Assembly: GCA_037379345.1 (NCBI GenBank)
Contig: CM074515.1
Span: forward strand, 29,016,001 to 29,080,000
DNA from: Perna viridis
Lineage: Eukaryota
DNA: 64,000 nt
Reading direction: 5' to 3'
Shown here: positions 1 through 13,050 of the stretch, one piece after another
Layout: each line of letters begins with the position of its first letter
How positions within the stretch are numbered: the first letter of the stretch is position 1
Notes under the pieces: generated by a model
Told to the model about the DNA's origin: nothing
Seen by the model: the letters and a program-made list of their open reading frames with translations, nothing else
Databases searched by the model: none
Program-made: the position numbers and the translations under genes

Positions 1-420
1 AAGTATCATGTGATTGACTGCGACACATATATTTCAGTTAAAATTCTTTAAAAAATGTCATAATCCTGCAAAAATGTATGAGTGCACACATTTTTAATTT
101 CCACGCGGTTCTTAAATTGTTTACTAAAATGCTAATTTTTCAATACAATTTACATGTGAGTGACTGCGACACATATATTTCAGTTAAAATTCTTCAAAAA
201 TGTCATATCCTGCATATATGTGAGTGCGCACACTTTAAATTTCCATGAGGGTCTTAAATTAATGACTAAAACGCTATTTTTTCAGTATAACTCTAATGTG
301 GGTAGCTGCAACTTATAAATTTCAGTTCAAAATTATAGAAAAATGTCATTCTGTCAAAATGTATGAGTGCGGAAGCTTTCAAGTATCATAAAGGCCTAAC
401 ATTTTGGATAAAATTGTCAA
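1..420. repeat. ~145-bp tandem repeat (about 3 diverged units)
   Basis: CATGTGAxTGACTGCGACACATATATTTCAGTTAAAATTCTT recurs at 7 and 153, with a degenerate copy at ~295; related arrays at ~20150-20600 (reverse) and ~31750-32640. Confidence 0.8.
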
Positions 421-867
421 TAAAGGTACTCGTTCCAATACTGGTGTCTACAGAACAAAAAAAATCAGTCTTAATTCCTTGAAGTCAAGGGAGTAGCAAG
501 TACGACAGGTAAAATTTGTTGTTGGTACATTGTACTGCATGCCATACATTAAAGTCAGTGCAAAAATTGAGAAAAATCAAGATCATAAATAGCAATGATT
601 CCTTCCCGTCGTACCAATCGGCATTCGGATGCAACGATTTTTTTTTTCGGGACCGCGTATATGTTCTGTATGCCATTCAATCAGAGAAGTATTCTCAAGC
701 AAGTGACTGTCAGTGTCTGTCAGGAACTCTTCTAACCTACGTGTCTGCTCTGCCTAGAACAGCTCCTGACAGGAGAGTGTCAGGACCCATGACAGAGCTT
801 TTCCAGAACTGTTTTATATGAGCAAATCCTGATAGAGTCGAATAAAGGTTAGAAGTGACCGCAATTT
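1..867 (-). mobile_element. Non-autonomous TIR DNA transposon carrying an internal ~145-bp satellite (partial; runs off window start)
   Basis: 480-867 is the reverse complement of 19623-20070; it ends in a TIR-like AAAGGTTAGAAGTGACCGCAATTT followed by TA; CTGACAG-rich subterminal region; internal tandem repeat at 1-420. Confidence 0.75.
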
Positions 868-968
868 TATCTTCTCATGTTATACAAACAACCCACAGGT
901 TATCAGTTTTGAGTTTACTACTTACAAGTTAAGACTCATTTCTTTCCATCACAGAATTTTGCATTTGC

Positions 969-2003
969 AAGAATAATCAAGGGAACCAAGGTTGTAGCGG
1001 TAATCAAAAGAATGAAATCGAGGAACAAAGACCAGACATGGAAAACAGACATACACAACAAAGAACATAAAGTAACTAAAATCATACATTCAAAGTAACA
1101 ACAGCAAATGAGCAACTCGGACTCCACTAAAATCTGGGAGCATGGATCAGGTGCACCGGTAGGGTAAGCGTCCTCTGCTTTTCTAGAAACACCCGCCAAG
1201 TTGCTCATAAAAAGTCAAGTTCGGGGTAAACAAACGAGGAAAACAAAACTGTGACCCTTTGAATAAATCAGTTTTCATGGTGCAGATGGATACACCATAA
1301 CAATCCATGAGTTCATGATGACGACCATAAAACTTCTGTATTGATGACTTCAATCTTGTAGCAACATAACCCTGTCCCAGAAGCCTTTTTGGTAGAGTTC
1401 TAGCGATACAAAAAGTCTGCGTAGTTTCGGCAAGCTCTGGCATAAAGTATGAGTTATGATATGAACACTCCATACGCAGGTGCTGAAGGGATGTTGCCAC
1501 AGATAAAAGGAAAGTTGACAATTCTGAGTGAAAAGTCATCACGTTTGTCGTAAAGTTTGGTCAATAGTTTTCCTTTGCCATCGATTTCTAAGTGTAGGTC
1601 AAGATATGAGGCTGACTTTACAATGTCTGCAGTATCCTTTATCTCAAGTTTTTTGGGGTAAATGCGATGTATCAAATCCCCGAAATTAGGATAGTTTAAA
1701 GGTAATACGTCATCTGAATAGCGGAAACTGAGATTAAAGGATCTAGCCAAACGATATTCTTTCTTTTGCATCATATCAGCTATAAAATCAGCCAATAAGA
1801 GTGAAGGAATAGGTCTGCAAGTAACGGAGCACAATTTGTTCCCATCGGAATGCCGACCGTTTGTTGAAAAACACGTCCACCACACCGGTCAAATATGTTG
1901 TCGATTAAAAATTCCAGCATTTTGTAAACATGTTCTCTGTATATTTGGAAAATGATTGGGAATTATTTTTACAAAGTATGAGGAATCTCTACCAAGAACT
2001 ATA
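969..2003 (-). mobile_element. Penelope-like retroelement (Naiad-type, family A), 5'-truncated RT plus 3' UTR, frameshifted
   Basis: ORFs 1454-1885 and 1183-1542 give FRYSDDVL, SASYLDLHLEID, LYDKRDDF, NFPFICGNIPSAPAYGV, RLKSSIQKFYGRHHEL (PLE RT core/thumb); no C-terminal GIY-YIG follows; ~290-bp 3' tail shared with many copies in the window. Confidence 0.85.
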
Positions 2004-2238
2004 CAATGCCTATAGCTTTCAACTTTCCCTTGGACAACAAAACTATAATTGTTTTCCGTCTTTTGGCCTATGCATATAATTTGGAAGTTTTAATATTTCC
2101 CGTTTCATCATAAAACGAGTGTTTTGAATGTTTTTATATGACTTTAGACAACGTTTTTGATACATACTGTTCTACTGAAGTTTTTGAATTCGACCATTCG
2201 GAAACGTTTACACATAGTGACTTTCGGAAGTATATATA

Positions 2239-2385
2239 CAATACATATGCATTGTCCTAGCATATCGGAAATATGGATATGAGGCTTAGAAATGGGGGTT
2301 TTGCAAGGCTTTGCCGAACGATTTACCCCCGTTTCGTGCCGAGTAACCCATATTTCCGATATGCTTGGACACTGGTTTTGTATTG
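2239..2385. repeat. Imperfect ~145-bp palindrome (probable MITE core)
   Basis: GTCCTAGCATATCGGAAATATGG (2254) versus the reverse complement of CCATATTTCCGATATGCTTGGAC (ending 2370) match at 22/23; pairing extends inward (GGGGGT/ACCCCC) and outward (CAATAC/GTATTG). Confidence 0.7.
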
Positions 2386-3549
2386 TGTTTAAACTGCCAA
2401 TAAAACAAATATTGGTTGAGGTCAATTCTATGTAAAATCGTTTTTGTACGTGTTTTACAAAAAAGTACCCCTATTGCGCCTATAACGACACAGCGAAGTA
2501 ATATCTTAGCGACAATATGGGTATGCAAATCCGTACGAGTCTGCCAATTCATTTTAAAATAATACATTCGGGAGAAAATGCTTTCTGTATTTGTAACCTA
2601 AATATTTTTATAAATGTAAATGACTTTAAAAGTATTTTGAAAAATATTTTCTCTGTAATTCCATGCCGAAAAATGATTCTTATGCAACACTACTTTTTTG
2701 TGTAACCGGCGATGCACTTTTCTGACGCACTTGTTGACAATGGGCGCTAAAATGAGTTCATAAATCTATGATTTATGTTGAACTTCATATCGTGAAAACC
2801 ACACATCACAATAATATAAATGAAAAAGGTAACTGTTTTACACCTGGATAAAAAAGTCTTGTACAACGATTTCACTGTATCATAACGTCACGAAACGAGT
2901 CATTCATGCATGGAATTCGGCGGTGGATGCATGTAAACATTCAGATTATGAAAATTCAATGCCGGCGACCAGTCCATGTTAAATTGTGATGTAGGCTCCG
3001 TTTAACTGTTTGAAGACATTTGTGGACGACTACCGGTCACCTGCAGTGGCATGCGGAATGAAAAAGATAAACCAACATAGGGTTATACAAAATAACACAA
3101 AAAATACTTAGACATCATTTATTCATTCATCACATAAAAGCAAGTCACGATTTCAATATTCAAACATTTTATTTTCAATGAGGAGAAATATTACATGCAG
3201 AAAACGTACAAAATGTATGATTTATTTTCTAAGCGACAACGGCACGGAGGCCGCCATAGCTTTCAAGGCAAAAGGTACTTCCCACGTTAGTCTAAAAATA
3301 ACTGCCCAATATCGATTTACAATATTTGACAGGCAATATTGGCAGAAAATGCGTCCTTTGCAGGATAAATACTTCGATTTTGACAGTACGGAATTGTTCT
3401 TAAATCTAATTTCCATCATAATGCCTAAAAATTGGATATGGACAATGCTAAAATTGGCAGAGAGTTCAGTATTCAGTCTGTGAAAAGAAAACGAGTTAAC
3501 TTGTGAAATCACCGGAAGTGGAAGCGGTCAAAATATAAACAATGACATG

Positions 3550-6500
3550 ATGTGCAAGATTCTATCGCTAACCGTCTCACAATGCCAGTACCTTTCAACC
3601 TTCCTTTGGACAACAACAGATCCATGGCCAAAGCACTACATTTTTTTATGTCGCTCAGTGGTACCAGAATCGAAACGCAGAAGGAATGCCGATCAATCCG
3701 CCTGCAGGAATGCGTGTACGACATTAAGCTACATTTGCTCAACAATAATGGCACGTCGGTTAAAGGGTTCGATCGGATGCTTATACCAATACACTTGCAA
3801 GAAGTGTCGTTGAGGGCAGCGATATCAATTTGACATCTCTTCTAATTCTTAATCTTGAATTGCCTCAAAATCATACCATAATAGCCTGATCCGAGAAAAA
3901 ATAAATCCCTTAGCATTCAGAAATCTATTTTGGATTTTGGCAAATTCAAGGGGGTCGTATGTCGTGCTTTCCTGGAAAGAATAGAAGAAATAGATGCATG
4001 TGAAGCTGATGTGATTCAAATTCAGTTTTTATGGGCCACAATTTAATGATTATCATAACATTTTCTCAGCTAAGGCTACTGCATTATTCAGGGAGTTGAA
4101 GGCAAAATTTGAATAGAGTCTTCATAATAGGGATGTGTTCAATGTAAATGTAGGGGTATGGCAATGAATATATGAAAAATTGCAATCCTGAAAATTAAAA
4201 CAAACATGGTTCCCTTCAATCAGGTTTTAATCATGGCGAAGAATTCTGGAGGAATTCCAATAATTCTATAGATAGGCAAGATTGAATTTGGATTTTCCGG
4301 GAAATATGTAACATTGTTCAAAAAGTTGTTACAGGAGCACTTTCAATTTTCTCCATGCGTGTTCTGAGTGTATCATGAAAGGCCACAGTTATCGTAATAT
4401 CCGAAAACATTCTCAAGCAAGCATGTATTGCTACTACTACCCTGATAAATAACAAGGTAAGTCCATTAGATATGGCAGAAGGAAAACATGCAGGAAAGAA
4501 AGGATTGATTTTGATTGACAAAGATTCGTGATGTATGTCGTATGTGAAAATTGATGATGCTATCAGAATTATTTTAAAATAAGGCAGTGGCAGCAAGATA
4601 AGCCTTCACAATGACCTCTGGTTTGTTTTAAATGAGAATCTATGTATTTTTTTTTATCTCGGATGAACTTTTAGTGTACAAGAAACTGTACGCTTCAAAA
4701 CTCTCAATTCAAATTTGTACACAGGATTTTAACAACAAATTAGAGTGGAATTAAATAATTGCAAATGTCTGTAACTTCTGAAATGAAACTAAAGAGAGTA
4801 TTTTGCAAATGCAGACTTAGTAATGATATCTGACTATGTGTAAAAGGCCTGTTACGAATAGTTGGCGATGAAATCTCCCACATTACACATAAAAGTAAAC
4901 GTTATGACATTAGCTATGTTGATTTTCCAAATAACATTGTTGGTCATATCTTTCTTTCATGAAATATTATCTATATACATGTAGATGTACTGATAAAATA
5001 CCTTGTGTGAAAAGTGCTTTGAAATATTTTAAAGACTGTATTTAAAAAGAAATAATTAGTCAGATGTATGCCACCCTTGCACAAGAAAAATATTATTGTA
5101 AAACATGATTGTCTTTGCAAACTGCTCCTGGTGTCAATTAGTAAATACTTTAGTATCTCACTGGAAAAAATGTTTTATTTTTTGTTTTCTTTCTTTGTAG
5201 TTTGTTATACATTTTGTAACTTTCAATAAATATGCGTCTGTACTTTCCATGCGTAAAACAAACTTGTGGATGTAGATCTAGTCTACAATCTTGATCAGGA
5301 ATCACAATCCATTTGTTTCATAGCAGAAAACAAGTACAAGTTAAAACATATTTTCCATTTCCTAAATGATTTTTTTAGTTATTAATAATTCAGAAGATGA
5401 TGATTTTAGGAAAGTTATTTCACGAAGTAGATCTTTTATATCATACCTGATTGATATATGTCAACTACTGTGTAACAATTTCATTTAACAAACAAATGTA
5501 GAACTGATTTGTATCTTGGTTTACATTTTTAACTCAATTTGACGGAGTTACTATGTTTCATGAACAGTATTTTGCATCAAGTTATGATTTTGAGTTGTAT
5601 ACAGATGCTGCTTCATAATAGGTTTTATGGGCAGGCAATTTGCAAGTTAATTGGTTCTGCTCTAGATGGTCGGTTGATTTTCCTTGATTCAATTTAAAAA
5701 TTCAATGACATTTTTAGAAATATAATTTACCCTATTTTTGTAGCACCTTTGTTCAGGGGTCATCAATGGTCAAGAAACTATCATTTTGGTGTGATAATGA
5801 TGCAACATGTACAAATTAAAAGAAACATTTTTAGAAATAATAATGTATAAATTAACATGGTGTGCTTGTAATTAATACAAAAATATGTCAATGCAAAATA
5901 TATTCCATTTTTTAATACCAAATTAGTGGTACCTTATCTCCTTTACAGGTCGAACGATTACGTCAAATAGCTCAACGGGCAGTGCAACAGTCCAATCGTT
6001 ATCCCAGTGTGTCAGAAGTAATGTGGTCCAAACGAATTCTGCGGAGAAGCTTTGGAAGATGTTTATTAGAAAACCAAGATGGTATATGAAACTGACTACA
6101 ACCATTACTTTTAAATAAGATACATTATTATAGTAAAGGGATATCTACCATTTTAGAAGAATTACTTAATATTTTGTTACTCACAGTTATAGAAATCTAA
6201 AACTGCAGTATTCTACAATTAAACTTTATCTATGCAGAATGTTCAGACATCTGATACAGATTGAAACAATATGGTACATGTACAGTTGTATGTTTATGAA
6301 ATCCATTAAACGGTTACAAAGTCAAAGTCAATCCTCGCCTACCAGTTACTTCTGAAATACTGGTGCAGATATGTATTAAATTGAATAACAGCTTTTGTTC
6401 CGAGTTAGTAAATGTGATGTTAAAAACTGTACGCATTGTAGACTTTCGTTTTTTTTTTCTTTGTGAAGAATTTATTTGTTATTGATAAAATTGAAAACTT

Positions 6501-6920
6501 TGAACATAAAGGTACACTCTCTGAATTCCTGATATTCCTTATGTTTTAATTTGCAACTTTAAATTTGATAGGGTCTGAGACTGACTCATTTCAACATGAA
6601 ATGAAAATTCAGTTGCACAAATTTGGTATTTTTTGTGTCCTTTTAAATATATAAATCAAAATTATACAACAAACGCCAATAGGCCCAAGCAATGATCCCT
6701 TGCATCTACTTGTTTATTACTAAACTCAAACAGTAATTGGAAAGCTGGAAGTTAGATTTTAAAATCTACAATTGACACTCTTTCCTCAAAGAAAGCACAA
6801 ATTGAGGACCATTTTATAAAAAAGGGTTAGGCAGATGGAAATCTGATACTTATAACAGGTACATAAAAACTGACAAATCATCTATTAAAACTTCCCATCA
6901 AAAGATATGTAAGATTTATT
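3550..6920 (+). mobile_element. Decayed DIRS/Ngaro-type tyrosine-recombinase retrotransposon (gag - RT - RNase H - YR)
   Basis: Translated fragments in the expected order: gag EGSDINLTSLLI (~3812), DFGKFKGVVCRAF, FSAKATAL, FLHACSECIMKGH (~4350); RT GKHAGK...SYVKIDDAIRII (~4480-4573); RNase H IYPIFVAP, WCDNDAT (~5725-5810); YR STIKLYL, RLPVTSEIL (~6337), LGRWKSDTYNRYIKT (~6827-6871). Many stops and frameshifts. Confidence 0.8.
6030..6920 (+). pseudogene. Tyrosine recombinase ORF remnant of the DIRS/Ngaro element
   Basis: LKLQYSTIKLYL, PRLPVTSEILVQICIKL...FFFLCEEF (cf. FFGFLRCGEF), GSETDSF (cf. SKTDPF), HSF, EDHFIKK/LGRWKSDTYNRYI. Confidence 0.75.
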
Positions 6921-6977
6921 GATAGACATTGTCAAGTATACATGTTCCTAAGTCCGAAATTACTTTAGTTTATGTTA

Positions 6978-7150
6978 CTTGAGTATACAGGGCAGGGGCA
7001 CGTTGCACCTGTGTATAATGATGTTTGTGGGCCTGCTACAGCTTGCCCTCTGAACTGACGTTTTCCCCGTCGTTCACTGAAAACCCTGATCTGAAATTTT
7101 CATCCCAGTGGGGTTGTTGTTTATTTCGCATCTACGCCATACCTATTTTC
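6978..7150 (+). mobile_element. Fragment homologous to the 3' end of Naiad family B (41930-42110)
   Basis: CTTGAGTATACA...ACCTGTGTATAATGATGT...CTGAAATTTTC...GTGGGGTT is shared with 41927-42080. Confidence 0.6.
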
Positions 7151-8059
7151 GTTATATGTATGTATATTAATGTTAGGTAATAAAACTACATGTACCAATA
7201 TTTAAATTTGTAGTGTTTCAATACACATTTATACATTAAAGTATATTTTCTCACAATATATTTCTTTTTCATTGGCAGTGATGTATTTGTGTGTGTGTGT
7301 TTTCTTTTTCTGTTTTTTTTTTTTTTTTTTTGTTTCCATATGAAAGGAATAATAATATTTGTTTTTTTTTATTTCACTTGCTATATTTAAAAGTAAGTGT
7401 CATTGTATTACTTGTATTCTGTCAGATTCAGCTGAAAGGTTATGCTATTGCATTTAATATTGTCCTTTTTTATTTTCACTGATATGATTCCTTGGCGGTC
7501 ACTCAGCTACATTGCATCTGACTTTTTTACCCTTCCGCAACTTGTTCATGTCCCAAGTAACTAAATACTTTCCACCGTCAATACAACCCCCTATTTCGGA
7601 AGCCTTCAACTATTAAATGGAGCATCGCCACATACGAGGATTGGCTCTACTGTACGAAGTACCATCGTTAGTGGCGTGGAGCAAGCTTTCTCTTTACTGA
7701 ATTTTCGACTCCAAAGGGCAAAACAAAAGTTTGATTTTGTAAAAAATCATTAAACTTACACTTAATTGTCGTTAGCTCAAATCTGATATCTAGTTTAAAT
7801 ATCAAATATACAAATATACAGGTTTCCCTTGTTAAATATCATTATCCTTATCCATGTTATATGACTTGTAGGCTTCCTTGGTTTGATAAGATAAAGGGTT
7901 ACATATACGTATATGTAGTATAAACAAACGCTTTGGATATTGGATCACCTAGAATACCAGTAACATAAAAATAGGAAGTCCTACCCTGGTATAGTCAAAC
8001 AACAATATATAAGCAGTTATATTACCAAATTAAATTAATAATAGTACATTATAAAAATA

Positions 8060-10226
8060 GCATTTGCATGGTCACAGGGAAAACAATTTACGGAACATTT
8101 GCGTATGAACATGGTCTAAACCCCAGAGCTGGATTTAAAGCTCTACAGTTGTATTCTGGTCAAGATGGCAGACAATTTACATGAAGTTTATCTATAACAT
8201 GTACATCAATTACATTCATTTCGGATGAAATGGTTTACTTTGGATTTTCTCATTAGAGTATATATAATTAACACTACCGTAACACCGTAACACAGAACAC
8301 CGATCTACATGAACAATTATGATATTGCTAGGTTAGTTTAAATGCTGTTGTAATTTATCACACAATCTATCCAATATAATATAAATACTAAGTTAATACG
8401 TAATATGGTACACAGATAAATATATTAACGTCGATTTGTTTATAGATTAAACAAAAATGAACCATATGTGTAGATATATGTTACACAAAAATACACATAC
8501 ATGTATCTCCTATCATATGCACAAGAAGCTAATAACGGATATATAACCTTGCATTTACCTGTAAAAGGTGTCGTATATATCTGTGAATGTCTCCTGAACC
8601 CCAAATATGATCTATTGTTTTACTCTTGTTTTACTATTGTTTTAATCGTTCGAATAAAAGTATTGAAGACCATCGTAACAGAATGAAAATCAAATGTCAT
8701 CACACGATACACTGACGTACTCTTATATTCTATCGTTTGCATCATAAAGAAAACTTAATTAGTCAACGTAACACAAGAGACCGAATCTCAAAATTGGAAC
8801 TTAGGACAGTTGGACTCTAATAGACCATTCCTTGTTTATTGAATGTTGCATGAGTTGAGTATTATCAATATACACTTCAAACCCTACCTCGCGGTAGTAT
8901 ACGTCACGAATCTTTTAAACTATGATTCAAGTATCTAGTGAAACATTATTTCCAGATAGTGGAAATATATATACGTATTAGGTTACGAATAAGAGCAAAA
9001 CAATGATATAGAAAGTTATTCTTGAAACTTTCAAGTTCCTTGAGCCGTACTTTTGTTTAAAATAGATACAAAAAATTGAACTAAAAAACGACAATATTCA
9101 GCACATATCGAAATTCAACTCAGGGCCCGTAACATTTCAAATTCGTGGACTGTTGAACAATTAAAGAGTAATCAAGGGAACCAAGGTTATAGCGGTAATC
9201 AAAAGAATGTAATCCAGGGACAAAGACCAGACATGGAAAACAGACATACACAACAAAGAACATAAAGTAACTCAAATCATACATACAAAGTAACAAAAGT
9301 AAATGCGCAACTCGGACTCCACTACAAACTGGGAGTATGCGTCTTCTGCTTTTGTAGAAACACCCGCAAGTTGCTCATAAAAAAGTCAAGTCCGGGGTAG
9401 ACAAACGAAGGAAGGAAAACTATGACCTGTTGAATAAATCAGTTTTCATGGTGCTGATGGATACACCATAACGATCCACGAATTCATGATAACGACCATA
9501 AAACATCTTTAGTGATGACTTCAATTTTTTAGCAACATAACCCTGTTCCAGAAGCCTATTTGTTAGAGTTCTAGCGCGATACAAAAAGTCTGCTCAGTTT
9601 CGGAAGCTCTGGCATAACGTATGAGTTATGATATGAACACTCCATACGCAGGAGCCGAAGGGCTGTTGCCACAGATGAAAGGAAAGTTGACAATTCTGAA
9701 TGAATAAGTCATCACGTTTGTCGTAAAGTTTGGTCAATAGTTTTCCTTTACCATCGATTTCTAAGTGTAGGTCAAGATATGAGGCTGACTTCAAAGAATG
9801 ATAAATTCGAGTGTGACAATGTGTGATGACCATAACAAAGAAACAGGTAATAACAATAGTTACTCTTCAAAACAGACAAATGTTCAACTATTTGCATTGC
9901 AAATATTCAAAGTCATTTACATTTGTTTAAGATAAAAACTTTCAAAGAAAATTACTCCTCAATAAATTGCCCTCAACGCTTAATATCAAGATTATAAGAA
10001 GACACAGAATAAAACAAATGTTGTCGTACTTAGTTTGGTAATTTAGTAATACAAAACAAAGTAAAATTAACAATACTCAGAACTTCGTTTGAGAGTCTTA
10101 ATAATTGTCAATACATACGTTGATTTTCAGCCATACAACGAAGAAACCACAATACTTGAAACAGAACTATAGCTTTCCCCATTATTTCCCATGTAATTCA
10201 AACATCCAATCTACGTGCCACTGGAT
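8060..10226 (-). pseudogene. Possible remnant of a secreted/membrane EGF-repeat (MEGF10/SREC-like) gene
   Basis: Minus-strand exon 10226-10119 (ttttacAG / GTatgt) encodes signal-peptide-like MGKAIVLFQVLWFLRCMAENQ with a phase-1 end; exon 8558-8501 (AG/GT) gives KCKVIYPLLASCAYDRRY; 8191-~8060 gives NCLPS*PEYNCRALNPALGFRPCSY / KCSVNCFPCDHAN (EGF-like Cys spacing, with a stop and a frameshift). Confidence 0.35.
9164..9791 (-). mobile_element. Penelope-like (Naiad family A) 3' fragment
   Basis: KSASYLDLHLEIDGKGKLLTKLYDKRDD plus the same 3' tail as 969-2003. Confidence 0.85.
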
Positions 10227-12173
10227 CTGTAAAATTGTTAAGTATTGTTTCTTACAATGAAGCATACCAACATAATAATTGGTCAGTGTTTTTTAAATTC
10301 TAGAAATGAATTAACTTACATACAATAAAATACAAGACATGTACATCGAAGAGTCCATATATAATGGCGAATTTAAATACAATTACTTTGTCAGTATGTA
10401 TGCCACCCCATGTTAACGTTTAAATCAATACTGTAAGAGTAATCAAAGGAAGAAAGATTATATCAGTAAAGGTATAAAGGTATAAATAAAGAACACGTCA
10501 ATAGAATAATATGCAACAAGAAAGATAAAATGCATATTATATGATCAAATATATATTTAATCTTAATTTAAAAACAGAAACAATCAATTCAAAGTAAGGA
10601 CCTTCTTTTCGTTTTTCATTAAAAAAACCGTTGTCCAAGCAACTAAATCAGAGTGGGGAATACAGTTAAAATTAAGAACGTTTTTGCAGTGTAAATGCCA
10701 AAAACTGTCCTTTCAACTTTGTGATGCGTTGCAAAAGTCAGCTCTTCTCCACATGAAAGAGCAACAGATTACCGTTCATAAATTCTAATGGTTTATAGAA
10801 AAGGACAAAGCATTGACAAATTATTCGAAAAGGACAAAAAATGTTATAATATATAAATATTAGACTCTACCGTTGTTTAAGATAATACTTTAGATTATTT
10901 GTCTGTGTTATATAACTCTAAATTTACAACTAAAATCTGGAATAAATATATCATCAGCTCAATATTAAGTTAATCTAAATGAGTAAATGAGACAGAAACT
11001 GTGGGACTCAGTCATGGAACAATAAAGACAAAATGAAACACGTTTAATGAAGTTAGCCAGTACAAATATTTATTTTATGTGCTTGTTATGACGGACACCC
11101 TGCTGTTAAACCTTAGAATTCACCCCCCCCCACCTCCCCACCCGAAATGATCCTTCCCTGGGTCGAATGATAAATTAAACTTCTTAAAAGCATTAGGTAA
11201 GAAAACCCCCAACAATAACAATGACTATGTGGAATGTACTGATATAATAAGTTTTTTATGACTTTATTTTGTATCAAAATAAACATTTTAAATCGATATT
11301 TTATATTGCACCATTGTTGTCACGAAATTATTAACTTTCAGGTTTATTTCCGTTCACCTACATGAGGAAAAACAGTGAAACGGCTCCATAACCAAAGACA
11401 GGGAATAACCATGGACTCCATTCGCGTGTTGTTAAATGATCAATCGTTTCAATGATTTTATTATTTGTACTACTGCGCAAAAAATCAGCCTAGTGTAAAT
11501 TTAAATATAACATAAACCCTTTTAAACTTCCCGGTTATATTTTATTTTCAATTTATTTTATTTTAAAAACATATTTTATATTTATTTCATGCTAAAAAAT
11601 AATATATTATCTCACCGCACAATTTTATTTTATTTTATTGTTAAAATTTTAAGTAATTTCTGGATTAGACATTTTCTGTCAAGACACATGCTTACTTTCA
11701 AGACATGTAAACTGAATAGTGTACTGACGGTCAATCAGTTCAGTGAAATACAACAGCACGTAGTACATTTAATATTATATTTAAGAAAAAATGCAATTAT
11801 GAAATGATCAAGCGGAGAGACCAGTTGAAAATATTACTACACATTGTATTCGAACACGTAGTAAAATGTAATTGTTACGTATTTAGGTTTCTCTTTGACT
11901 TGATTGATACATTAAAAGGTCATTCAGGGTTATATAGATGAACACGTATACCATATGTCCTTAGGAATTAATGAATATGGGCTCCTGTTGATAGAACATA
12001 TTTATTTGTATTCACAACATTTGAATTAAATTCAAATATAACTAAACCGAACGAACGACTTCGATTTATCTCGGCAGAAACCATACGGAAACCATCAGTT
12101 TCGTTTCAAAATGAGAGTATGCATTGGATATGAAAAAATTAAGATGAACCACATTTAATTTCTCTGAAAAGTA

Positions 12174-13050
12174 CACCCAACAAAAATTAATGTTAGTTAT
12201 CTACACACCTTGGTAACTACAGCAAGAATGTTTATAAACCATGAACAAATCACAATACTATTTCGCTGTAACCGTCGTTCTTTTAACTTCCGGGTTGTTC
12301 ACTTATTTATGTTATTTAAAGAAGTTAACATTAAAGGTGGTGATCAAAATAAGCTTCAAAGTGCAGTAGTTTGCATTAATGAAAAGAGGGGAAACTACAA
12401 CTGTACAGTAGGGGTTTCCCTTCACACATTTTATGAAATTGTAAACGATATTAAGTTCACGAAAATATTTTACCGATTTAACCACAATATTTGTCAGAAA
12501 AATGCTAATTTTATTCTATATCCTTTAAACGTTTTATTTGGGTTTCTTCGTTTAAGCACACAAGTTCCTCGTTTTGTCATCAGTTAAGCGAGTTGGAGTT
12601 AGTAGTTGATGTATTTAAAAACTATTTATACCCAACAAAAATCAATGTTACAAACCTTGGTTACTACAACAAGAATGCTGATAAACCATTAGCAAACCAC
12701 AGAATTGATTCTATGTACCGCCGTTCTTTAAAATGTTTGGTTTTACAATTACTGTTTATAGACGTTAAACTTAAGGGCGGTGATAAAGCAAGCTTCTAAG
12801 TGTTGTAATATATACTGATCAAAAGGAGGGAAACTACAACTTGTACAAGTAGGGGCTGATTTTTTTTCTAGAACAAATATGACAGCACCAAGCAGTTCTT
12901 TTTTTTTCTATATTCACACATTTGCTTAAATTATAAAAAAAAATATTGAGTTACAAAAATGCTTATTTTATTCCACTTTCTTTAAATGTTTTCTTGGGTT
13001 ACTTCGTTTTCTGCTCACAAATATCTCTTTTTTTTTCTCCAGCTGAGCAT
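12174..13050. repeat. Old local tandem duplication, two diverged ~450-bp units
   Basis: CCCAACAAAAAT...CCTTGGT(A/T)ACTACA.CAAGAATG...GGGAAACTACAAC...TTCACACATTT occurs at ~12174 and ~12628. Confidence 0.7.

Noticed and set aside
1-420. CRISPR-like array
   Set aside because: Whole units are homologous with no unique spacers, the context is eukaryotic and there are no cas genes; it is a satellite.
936-1208. Hydrophobic Cys-rich small ORFs (also 38293, 38867, 44447) as a membrane peptide family
   Set aside because: They are translations of the T-rich Naiad 3' tail, and start, stop and frame are inconsistent between copies.
12210-12799. ORFs of 125 and 68 aa
   Set aside because: They lie in a diverged local duplication whose frames are not conserved between copies; no domain recognised.
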